Source: Octopus bimaculoides (Eukaryota). From it: a DNA stretch of 37,547 nt. The stretch lies in NCBI RefSeq assembly GCF_001194135.2, contig NC_068993.1, positions 54,566,543 to 54,604,089 on the forward strand, in the 5' to 3' direction. The notes under the pieces were generated by a model. That model saw nothing but the letters and a program-made list of their open reading frames with translations, did no database searches and was not told the DNA's origin. Positions 1-10,189 of this stretch are shown here, piece after piece (positions within the stretch are counted from its first letter, which is position 1; every line of letters starts with the position of its first letter). The translations under genes and the position numbers were made by a program.

Positions 1-52
<52 letters not shown>

Positions 53-140
53 TGTATGCATAAGTGTATGTATGTATGTATGCATGCTTGTATGTAGTCA
101 CAAGTGTCTCTTACTTTACGTACATACATACATATATATT

Positions 141-178
<38 letters not shown>

Positions 179-732
179 GCGGAACAGATAGAGTGCAGAA
201 GTATATTAATAGTAATCATAATCCGCTGATTATATACACCCGCGCGTATCACTTCGATTGTATAGAGTCAATGGCAGAGAGCGAACAAGCTGCGCTCTGT
301 TAGCACTGTCCCCCACCCCCCGAGTCGGGTAGGTACATCGAGTGTACGGCCCTCATTCTGACCAGAAAGGCTCATTTATTTGACAGCTCTACATAAAAGG
401 TCAACATAATTAAGCTTCTGTAAACACATGTCACGTGACACGTGACATTTGACTGTTGTTGTGTTGGGTGTCTCTTTAAGGTGGTTCTGTGTACACACTG
501 AGTGACAAGCTGTGTACAAATACATGCAAAATGCATCCACACGCGCACACACACACACACACAATGAATATATATATATATTCACGGTGGTGCACCAGCA
601 TGACCGCAGCCACTTGGCTAAAACACATAAATAAATAAATATATATATATATATATATGTGTACACACATAAATTAATTTTTGACAACAAACATCCTCAC
701 GACCACTTTCCTTGGCTTTTGACACTTATCTT

Positions 733-791
<59 letters not shown>

Positions 792-859
792 CACATGCAT
801 ACACACACACACACACACTACCGCACACGTACACATTTGTATTTATAAGGTAATATGAC

Positions 860-1150
860 TTGACTTAATGTCTGGCCTGTCATTGGACTTTCAGCTTTTC
901 TAGTACTGCAGCATTTGTTACCCTGTATTTCCAGCTTATCCTGTCCAATCTGCAAAGGATCCAAATTTCAAAAGCATCCAAATTTTTCACCATAGTTGTG
1001 TACATTCTCCAAGTTTCCATCCCGTAAAGGACAATCGGAGCCTTAATTTTAGATGCAGTGTTATGTCTTATGAAGTGAAGACATTTTCCCCTTCTTATGC
1101 CAATGATAACCCAAATAAAAGCGATGCAACAAGTAATACAAATACCTATT
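860..1150 (-). mobile_element. Decayed RTE-clade LINE fragment (C-terminal part of RT ORF)
   Basis: NVFTS*DITLHLKLRL, then after a frameshift PIVLYGMETWRMYTTMVKNLDAFEIWILCRLDRISWKYRVTNAAVL; matches the RTE-type LYG.ETW...AFE.W..RR...ISW...VTN..VL signature. Confidence 0.85.
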
Positions 1151-1419
1151 TCTGTGTACACTGGATAATTCTCAGTCTCTCCACTCAGACTTGAATATAT
1201 TTCACTGACAGGCATCTAATAATATCGAAAGATGAATGTTACTGTCGCTAACTGACTTTACAAACCAGATCCTTTATAATTTACATTACCCACATTATCT
1301 AGAGACTTCGATCAGCAGATCATATTTGATTGTTCTTTTTAAGGACTTTATCCCACACACATTCAAGAGGAAGGTTTTATATACTTGTTCCTTGGATAAC
1401 CTCAGGTGATAAAAGTTTT

Positions 1420-1607
1420 TCATCTTAATGTATTATATATGAGACATTCGTATTTCAACTGGAGTTCGGTGGCTTTAGGAAGAGATGTGTTCTGGGGCCG
1501 GGGGATGAAAAGCTTTTCTGGAGAAGAAGGATTGGTTGGATAAGTATTTAGCGCAAATGTTGGAGCTGGCTGAGTAAACGGAACAGAAATGGTTGCATAT
1601 GATGGGC
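1420..1607 (-). other. Candidate Pro/Ser/Thr-rich terminal exon or decayed coding relic
   Basis: ttgccattcAG|GC acceptor; open frame PSYATISVPFTQPAPTFALNTYPTNPSSPEKLFIPRPQNTSLPKATELQLKYECLIYNTLR*. Its phase (1) does not match the exon ending at 4687 (phase 2). Confidence 0.25.
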
Positions 1608-2038
1608 CTGAATGGCAATGTTATCAGCTTTCTGAAACACTGAACCAGTTTTAAACTGTTATGTATCAGCTTTCATCTTACATCTGAAGTTTTGAACCAA
1701 TGTTGGTCGATTGGGACGGCTGACACGTCTCACTTGCAACGAATTCTTTATTCTTTTCTGGTGTCACAAAAGAACAGAACTGCTTTTTTTTTCTTAACCC
1801 TAAGAGCGCTAGCTGCACACAAATGAAATTCTGGCGACGGAATTAACAGATGTCACTGTCACTATACTCTCACTAACACAACAAAGCAACAACATAGAAC
1901 CACCATATTACTTGTTAATCGATCGAATGTCAGCTGAACGTGTTACACAAAGAGATTTATTCCACATGGCAGACTTTATTGACAGGAGAGTGATAATATA
2001 AAGGGGAGAAAACTGGCATTTTCTATTACAATATCTGA

Positions 2039-2074
<36 letters not shown>

Positions 2075-2141
2075 GTATCCATCTCTGTGTCTGTCTGTCT
2101 GTCTCTATATATATGTACATACAGGCGCGCGCGCTCACACA

Positions 2142-2184
<43 letters not shown>

Positions 2185-2360
2185 ACACAAACACACATGC
2201 AGATATATATACGAAACCCCTGACAGTTTATCCAGCAACGCCTCTATAGAGGGGGTTAGTATATGCTGTCAATGGACACGTTGAACATGGTCGCCCGGCT
2301 ACGGAAAGAGATTGACAATAATTTAGACACGGTTCAGGTCTAATGAGGACGCTGTTGACG

Positions 2361-2409
<49 letters not shown>

Positions 2410-3269
2410 CACTGACCTATAAACAACCGTTTATCACTCGACTGAATCGACAAAGTGGGATTGAGTAGGAATGTGAGAGTGTTGGCGTGTGGCGAAGTGG
2501 AGGTTAATAAGTGGACATTTAATAAGTTAAGGTGGATAATTTCGAGATTTATGGCAATCTGGAAGCCGAAAGCTGGTGACATTGATGTCTTTGCAAAGAC
2601 AGAAAGGTGTTAATTAGAGACGGAAGTGAAACGAACCAATTTCAACTGGGACTGGAAACTGGATCGTCGACTGGTTTCAACCGAGACTCTGCNNNNNNNN
2701 NNNNNNNNNNNNNNNNNNNNNNNNNNNNNNNNNNNNNNNNNNNNNNNNNNNNNNNNNNNNNNNNNNNNNNNNNNNNNNNNNNNNNNNNNNNNNNNNNNNN
2801 NNNNNNNNNNNNNNNNNNNNNNNNNNNNNNNNNNNNNNNNNNNNNNNNNNNNNNNNNNNNNNNNNNNNNNNNNNNNNNNNNNNNNNNNNNNNNNNNNNNN
2901 NNNNNNNNNNNNNNNNNNNNNNNNNNNNNNNNNNNNNNNNNNNNNNNNNNNNNNNNNNNNNNNNNNNNNNNNNNNNNNNNNNNNNNNNNNNNNNNNNNNN
3001 NNNNNNNNNNNNNNNNNNNNNNNNNNNNNNNNNNNNNNNNNNNNNNNNNNNNNNNNNNNNNNNNNNNNNNNNNNNNNNNNNNNNNNNNNNNNNNNNNNNN
3101 NNNNNNNNNATGCATGTATTTGCTTGTCAGCTGCTCCAATGTGTGTCTAAGTTATATATAAGATATATATGTGTGTGTATATGTGTCCGTGCGCACGTGC
3201 ATACACACACACGGATATATACAGATACATATCTCTCTCTATACATATATACACATATATATATACCTT

Positions 3270-3316
<47 letters not shown>

Positions 3317-3852
3317 CGTATATATATACATATATATGTATATAAATTTATATATAGAAATATGAGTGCATTTCCGCACAAACGCACACGTATACACACA
3401 TACTAAAACACACACATACATACTCACTAATGCACACACACATACACACACGCATGTACATAAAATATGACTGAGCGTGCAGGTCATGTGTACGTTGTAC
3501 ATACGCATTTAAGTATTTTTATGTGTATATGTCGGCGATATCTAAGTGTTCACAAACGTAATATGTGGGTGTTTGCATATATATATATATATATATATAT
3601 ATAGTGTAGTATATTGCCACTTAAGTGTGGCTGACCCCTAGGGGTGNNNNNNNNNNNNNNNNNNNNNNNNNNNNNNNNNNNNNNNNNNNNNNNNNNNNNN
3701 NNNNNNNNNNNNNNNNNNNNNNNNNNNNNNNNNNNNNNNNNNNNNNNNNNNNNNNNNNNNNNNNNNNNNNNNNNNNNNNNNNNNNNNNNNNNNNNNNNNN
3801 NNNNNNNNNNNNNNNNNNNNNNNNNNNNNNNNNNNNNNNNNNNNNNNNNNNN

Positions 3853-3886
<34 letters not shown>

Positions 3887-3943
3887 TGTGGGTGGGTGTG
3901 CGCGCGCTTGTGTGTGTATATTGTATGCATCTGTGTTCAATAG

Positions 3944-4015
3944 TGAGTCACAAAACTGAATTAAATCTAAATAAAATTGGCCTCAGTGTGACGTCACGAC
4001 ACCCCACCCCCGCCC
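3944..4015. promoter_or_regulatory. Candidate enhancer or alternative promoter: AP-1 + CCAAT + CRE + GC/CACCC boxes
   Basis: TGAGTCA 3944-3950, ATTGG 3976-3980, TGACGTCA 3989-3996, CCCCACCC 4002-4009, CCCCCGCCC 4007-4015. Confidence 0.4.
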
Positions 4016-4686
4016 TAACAGAAATTAACATCAATCGAAACATATGGGCATGTATGTACGTACGTACGTATGTGTGCATGTATGTGTTTATGTGTATCTG
4101 TGCGTGTAGATATGCATATATATCTACGAATGGATGTACGCACGACGTATGCATATACATACATATTCACTCACACACACATATATACGCGCATGTGTGT
4201 GTGTGTTTGTGTGTGTGTTTGTTTTTATGTTCAGTTCTAATGAAAACAATTTTACATTAATCTGATAGGTTGCTCTATAATTTTGTAAAGTACAAATTTA
4301 TTATCCTTATACAAAAAGTGTTGCTGATAGTGACTTTGACGTTTCGATCAATCTCGGCTAGCTAAGTCATCATCGTTCTGTACACACACACACACACACT
4401 TACACACACGTGTGTGTGTGTGTCTATAATCACTGCTACCACTCTTATTACAACCACGGATACTACACAAACAACATTAACACAGCAACCACCACAATGG
4501 TGGTCGTTGTGTTGGGAGTGTTTGGGTAGTAGTGGGCGATGGTGGTATTATGGTAGTGCTACTGTTGTAGTTATGAATGTGCTGGTGGTGGCGGTGTTGG
4601 TGGTGGTGGTGCTGGATTGATGTGTAATTGGAAGACATGATAGATCATTATGGCTACTAAAGTGACATCTTCAGATTCAATTTTAC

Positions 4687-4753
4687 CGGAAGTGAACCCA
4701 ACACACACGTGACAGCTGCTGCATCTGTAATTGACCCCCGTTGTAGAAGTCAT
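4687..4753 (-). CDS. Internal coding exon (67 nt, phase 1 to 2)
   Basis: Acceptor gtatcactaacctcAG|AT and donor CG|GTAAAA. Encodes (D)DFYNGGQLQMQQLSRVCWVHF(R), in frame with the two upstream exons. Confidence 0.5.
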
Positions 4754-4792
4754 CTGAGGTTAGTGATACAATAACAACAATCGGGTGTACAA

Positions 4793-4844
<52 letters not shown>

Positions 4845-4873
4845 AGCAACAACAACAACCGTTATATGATTTA

Positions 4874-5190
4874 TCTTTTACTTGTTCCAGTCATTACACT
4901 GCGACCATGCTGGGGCACTGCCTGAAGAAATTTTAGCCGAATGAATGGGCCCCAGTACTTTTCTGTTTAAATTTTTTTTTTTATAAAGCCTGATACTTAC
5001 TCTATTGTCTCTTCTGCTGAACCGCTAAGTTATGGGAACGTAAGCACACCAACACCGGTTGTAATGCAATAGTGGGGAGGACAAACATATACACACACAC
5101 ACACGTATAATATATACGACCGACAGGCTTCTTTCAGTTTCCGTCTACCAAATCCATTCACAAGGCTTTGGTCGGCCCAAGGTGTCTATG
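4874..5190 (-). mobile_element. SINE family B copy (head truncated)
   Basis: Reverse complement of the shared body ccttgtgagtggatttggtagacggaaactgaaagaagc...gtaacttagcggttc...tgactgaaacaagtaaaag. Confidence 0.85.
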
Positions 5191-5194
5191 TTGA

Positions 5195-5331
5195 GAATCG
5201 GTGACTATGTTGATAAGTAGGGATGTGATCCACAGAGGACCAGCCTCCTTTTGATGTATGATACATGTTCCTGTGTTGGTAATTATACCTGTCCTAAACA
5301 AAATGGCATTACTTTTTGATCCAGCCTCGTA
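5195..5331 (-). mobile_element. Mariner/Tc1-like terminal fragment
   Basis: Minus strand begins TA+CGAGGCTGGATCAAAAAGTAATGCC, resembling mariner TIRs (TACGAGG...TCAAAAAGTA); no partner TIR seen. Confidence 0.45.
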
Positions 5332-5444
5332 ATTTGCGGCAAACTTGTTTTGGCTCATTACATTATTAGTTCAAATCTCGCCGAAGGCAACTATGCATTT
5401 CAACCTTCCAGGGCCGATTAAATAAAGTACTAGTCAATTATTAC

Positions 5445-5473
5445 CGGGAAAGTCATCACTAGCAGCTATTGGA
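5445..5473 (-). CDS. 29-nt microexon (phase 2 to 1)
   Basis: Acceptor tgtgtttttcAG|T and donor G|GTAATA. Encodes (D)PIAASDDFP(D) and joins 8055-7923 to 4753-4687 in frame. Confidence 0.5.
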
Positions 5474-5565
5474 CTGAAAAACACATTTAATTACCAAAAT
5501 GCAATCATATACGGCGAGATATTTACTTCAGTCACTCGCCAAATGCTAAGATTTTCTTTTACTAT

Positions 5566-5990
5566 CTTTCAGAAAATATCTCAAAGAAACCGTTAGGACA
5601 TTGCAACTGTTTGACACAGAGACGTAACTGTCTTTTAGAAATATGACAGACGTTGATAGGTCATCGCTAACTGTTTGCCATAGACATGTGACTGTCTTTC
5701 AGAAAATATCTCAAAGACACCACTAGGACATCACATCTGTTTGACAGAGATCTGTCAGGACATCGCAACTGCTTGACATAGAGATGTACTGTCTTTCAGA
5801 ATGCCATTAGAACATCACAACAGTTCGACATAGATAGATATATGACAGCCTTTCAGATATCTTCTGAAAGGCGGTTACATTAGTCATAAGTTTTACACAA
5901 GGAAACGAAATGTTTCTCGAAAGAAATCTTACAGAAGATCGTTACAACATCACATCTATTTGATAAAAACCTTTCGCTTAGTAGGAAGAT
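5566..5990. repeat. Degenerate minisatellite with about 65-bp period
   Basis: ctttcagaaaatatctcaaaga identical at 5566 and 5696; recurring aggacatc.caactg.ttgaca.aga motif. Confidence 0.8.
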
Positions 5991-6363
5991 ATTTCACAGG
6001 CACTGTACAATAGTTACACATCTTACGCTGAGAAAAAGTAGATGACTGAAGCACTAAGTGTAGACGTTAGGACTTAAGTTGTCCTCCTTCATAACTGAAA
6101 CGAGAGCAGCCTCCTTTATTACTTATCTCAAGATTTCAACTTCTCAGTCTTCCACTAATGCAGTCTCTGGTACTTCACAGAAGCCCACTTGTGTGTACTT
6201 AAGTGCCATTCCAAAATAAATAAAGTGCTATATACACACATTTATACACGCAAACACACACACACTCACACACATGCACACACACGCTCACGCACACATA
6301 TTCACAGGCGTTCGCGCGCGCACACACATACTTATAGGTATAATCTTTATCGTTTTCTTTTAT

Positions 6364-6760
6364 CTTTTACTTGCTTCCGTCATTAGACTGCGGCCAAACT
6401 GGGGCACATCTAGAAGAATTTTTAGTCGAATAAATCGACCCCAGTACGCTTTTTATTTTTAACAATTTTAAAGCCTGGTACTTAATCTATCGGTCTATTC
6501 TGCCGAACCGTTAAGTTACAGGGACATAAACAAACCAACGCCGGTTGTTAAGCGGTGGGGAGCTGGACAAACACAGACACACAAGATACAAAGACACATA
6601 CACACAAATATATATACGATGGGCTAGCAAATCCACCCACAAAGCATTGATCGTTTCGAGACTATAGTAGAAGATAGTTGCCCCCAAGGTGGCTCCACGC
6701 GGTGAGAGCGAACCCGGAACCATGTGTTTTAAAAGCAAATTTCTTACCACACAGCTACAC
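6364..6760 (-). mobile_element. SINE family B copy, near full length
   Basis: tRNA-like head (gctgtgtggtaag...ggttccgggttc), ccttgggcaa box, central microsatellite and same 3' end as other copies. Confidence 0.9.
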
Positions 6761-7135
6761 TTGGGCATAACCTGCACTTAGTGTAATGATAAACGAGCCG
6801 GATGTTTATATAAGCAAAAGGAAATATGTTTAAGGCGGCGAGGAAAGGCAAAGTCGACCTCAGCGGAATTTGAACTCAGAACGTAGCGACGGGCGAAATA
6901 CCGCTAAGCATTTCTTTCAGCGGACTAACGGTTCGGCCAGCTCGCCACTTTTATTGTGATTAATAATGATGTACTTTGTGGAGTAATGTAAGTTAATGTT
7001 TCTTAGTCGTTAGGGTGTTGCAATTACGAGATCTTGATTCTTGGTTCCGTTGATCGTATCAGCTGGGACCCTCGTCGTCGTAACTGACGGTGTGCCGCGT
7101 ATACATATACATACATACATACATACACACGCACG

Positions 7136-7167
<32 letters not shown>

Positions 7168-7464
7168 CACACACAAAGTGCCGCAGATTGAAAATGGTTT
7201 TGCTAGTCAAGATTTAAGTGACATAGAAGAGATGTATCGCAAGATCATTGATAGACGCTAATACCACGAAGGATAAGAATGCTAGCGGACCCAAAGACGC
7301 GGTCTTCGGTTGTACGACAGCACCGAGAACATAATAACAACAAGAACAACAAGAAGATCCAGCAAACACCTTGTAAAAGCAAGGCAAACAGTATAGATTT
7401 ATGTGTGTGTGTGTGAACATATGTACCTACACATATACGCATGTTTATATATATATATACATAT

Positions 7465-7515
<51 letters not shown>

Positions 7516-7537
7516 GGAGAGAGAGAGACAAAGAGAA

Positions 7538-7605
<68 letters not shown>

Positions 7606-7922
7606 GTGTATATACATGTATATATATTCTATTACTTTTAATCGGCAGATGTTATAAAATGATTCAAGGTCCGAGAGTTTCGTGCGCGGCCCTGAGTCGT
7701 TTTGTAACCTCTGTCGAGTAATAATAACAACAACAACAACAACAAAAACAACAATAATAATCACACACACTAATGTTTTGAGTTCTACTTTTCCTTCAGT
7801 TTGTACTACCAGACCTTTGTATGTATGTATGTATGTATGTATGTATGTATGTATGTATGTATGTATGTGTGCGTGTGTGTATATATTTGTGTCCGTGCAA
7901 GAACATGTATTTCTGTACTCAC

Positions 7923-8055
7923 TCGACCAAGGCGTAATCACTGTGGCTGTGTTGGCCATTGACCAGTTGGACGAAGAAATGCCTCTCGGGGTCAATTTGG
8001 TATTTATCCTTCATGCTTGTCCAACTGAACTGACCCAGGTTGGGCCAACACTCAT
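7923..8055 (-). CDS. Internal coding exon (133 nt, phase 1 to 2), unidentified gene
   Basis: Acceptor acatagcaacAG|AT and strong donor GA|GTGAGT. Only one minus frame is open across it: xECWPNLGQFSWTSMKDKYQIDPERHFFVQLVNGQHSHSDYALV. Third positions are G/C-rich. Confidence 0.65.
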
Positions 8056-8491
8056 CTGTTGCTATGTAACAAGCTCGATAATACGCATCGAATGTGAGTT
8101 TTTTTTTTTTTTATTGTTGATGTTGTTGTTGTTGTTTATCACCGTCAAAACACCACCGCCACTCACAACCCACTGGCTATTATTTACCAACTACGCTTGA
8201 CACCACCACCACCACCACCACAACCACCGCCGCCGCNNNNNNNNNNNNNNNNNNNNNNNNNNNNNNNNNNNNNNNNNNNNNNNNNNNNNNNNNNNNNNNN
8301 NNNNNNNNNNNNNNNNNNNNNNNNNNNNNNNNNNNNNNNNNNNNNNNNNNNNNNNNNNNNNNNNNNNNNNNNNNNNNNNNNNNNNNNNNNNNNNNNNNNN
8401 NNNNAAAAAAAAAAAAAAAAAAAAAAAAAAAACCCAAATAAGCGTAAAAAGAACCTGATGAATTTTTAATCTGTTAAAAGAGATTACATAT

Positions 8492-8696
8492 TTAGATATT
8501 AGTTTTCTTCTTCCTCGCCTCTTCTTCCATCCACATCGTTAGATAATCTCTAAAAGGGATGGGATTGTTATACATCGGCCCCATCCCAGATTCCAGCAAA
8601 TTATTCATTGGGTTTATCTCAGCTTCCAGCGTCCTGGGCCTGTTCCCATACACGACTTCTAAATATTGCGCATACCCCGTTTCTTTAGGCCTTGCC
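8492..8696 (-). other. Orphan protein-like open frame truncated at its 5' side by a hAT end
   Basis: ARPKETGYAQYLEVVYGNRPRTLEAEINPMNNLLESGMGPMYNNPIPFRDYLTMWMEEEARKKKTNI*. Non-repetitive, with no convincing acceptor; origin (exon, TE or viral relic) unknown. Confidence 0.35.
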
Positions 8697-8985
8697 AAGT
8701 GGTTCTCAACCGGGGTCCGTATGACCCTTCGGGGTCCACATGACCCTTCGGAGGTTCACATGACCTTAAGGGTCCACATGACCTTTGGGGGGTCCGCATG
8801 ACTTTAGGGGGTTCACATGACCTTTGGAGGTCCACATGACCTTTGGAGGTCCACATGACCTTTCGGAGGTCCACATAACCTTTGGGGGTCCACATGACCC
8901 TTCGGGTGTCCACATGACCTTTGGGGGTCCACATGACCTCAGGGGTCCATATAAGATTTCGTTATTAAAGTTTAGGTGCAATAAA
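8697..8985 (+). mobile_element. hAT (Charlie-like) non-autonomous element, left end with amplified subterminal repeat
   Basis: Terminus aagtggttctcaacc (8697-8711) matches the CAGTGGTTCYCAAC hAT-type TIR and the inverse terminus at 24051-24065; followed by about 12.5 copies of a 19-20 bp unit. Confidence 0.65.
8712..8950. repeat. Minisatellite, 19-20 bp unit GGGGTCCACATGACCTT(T/C), about 12.5 copies
   Basis: Units directly readable; period 19 between 8828 and 8847. Confidence 0.95.
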
Positions 8986-8992
8986 TATATAA

Positions 8993-9026
<34 letters not shown>

Positions 9027-9717
9027 TTGTGCCGCCAACATCGCTTGACAATCGATGCTGGAGTAACTTAGCGGTTCGGCAAAAAGAGACCGATATAATA
9101 ATTATTAGGCTTANNNNNNNNNNNNNNNNNNNNNNNNNNNNNNNNNNNNNNNNNNNNNNNNNNNNNNNNNNNNNNNNNNNNNNNNNNNNNNNNNNNNNNN
9201 NNNNNNNNNNNNNNNNNNNNNNNNNNNNNNNNNNNNNNNNNNNNNNNNNNNNNNNNNNNNNNNNNNNNNNNNNNNNNNNNNNNNNNNNNNNNNNNNNNNN
9301 NNNNNNNNNNNNNNNNNNNNNNNNNNNNNNNNNNNNNNNNNNNNNNNNNNNNNNNNNNNNNNNNNNNNNNNNNNNNNNNNNNNNNNNNNNNNNNNNNNNN
9401 NNNNNNNNNNNNNNNNNNNNNNNNNNNNNNNNNNNNNNNNNNNNNNNNNNNNNNNNNNNNNNNNNNNNNNNNNNNNNNNNNNNNNNNNNNNNNNNNNNNN
9501 NNNNNNNNNNNNNNNNNNNNNNNNNNNNNNNNNNNNNNNNNNNNNNNNNNNNNNNNNNNNNNNNNNNNNNNNNNNNNNNNNNNNNNNNNNNNGTTCACTG
9601 AAGTGTGACGGCACAAAAGATAACACTTAGAATTAACGTTATCCGCGAAGATATCTTTGGGGATGTATAGCAAGCGCTACCAACACCGTGACCACCACCA
9701 CCACCACCACCACCACC

Positions 9718-9945
9718 ACTACCACCATAATAACTACCATTATTAGCACTAGTACCTCCACTTCTATCTGACATCACAATACTTTTCAGCACCATAGCAC
9801 CCCACCATCACCACCACCACCACCACCACCACTACCACCATAATAACTACCATTATTAGCACTAGCACCTCCACTTCTATCTGACATCACAATACTTTTC
9901 AGCACCATAGCACCACCACCATCACCACCACCACCACCACCACTA
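9718..9945. repeat. 113-bp direct tandem duplication embedded in (ACC)n
   Basis: An 84-bp block at 9718 and 9831 differs by one substitution (agtacc/agcacc). Confidence 0.9.
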
Positions 9946-10189
9946 CCACCACCACCATCATCACCTCCCCCCCCCTGCAGTGCGCGTGGTTGTATGTTAG
10001 AAGTCGCTAGAGATGTCCATCATGATTTCCAAACACTTGACCACACATTGTTATGGTCCGTGAAGTTTGACCATGCGTACTGTTTTGCCCTGAGCGGGGG
10101 TGATGGGGGTGAGGGGGAGGGAGGAAGAAGAGAGTGAGTGGTCAGTGTCGACAGACGAGAGATTGTTCGGAAATACAGTATATATATAT

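Noticed and set aside
7682-8200. Plus-strand 172-aa ORF with a GTGAGT donor near 8094
   Set aside because: In-register antisense shadow of the 8055-7923 exon, padded by microsatellites; weak acceptor and no phase-compatible neighbour. The minus reading chains with two other exons.
9990-10089. KH-domain-like minus reading GKTVRMVKLHGP*QCVVKCLEIMMDISS
   Set aside because: Internal stop, short, and in register with an open plus frame; resemblance probably chance.
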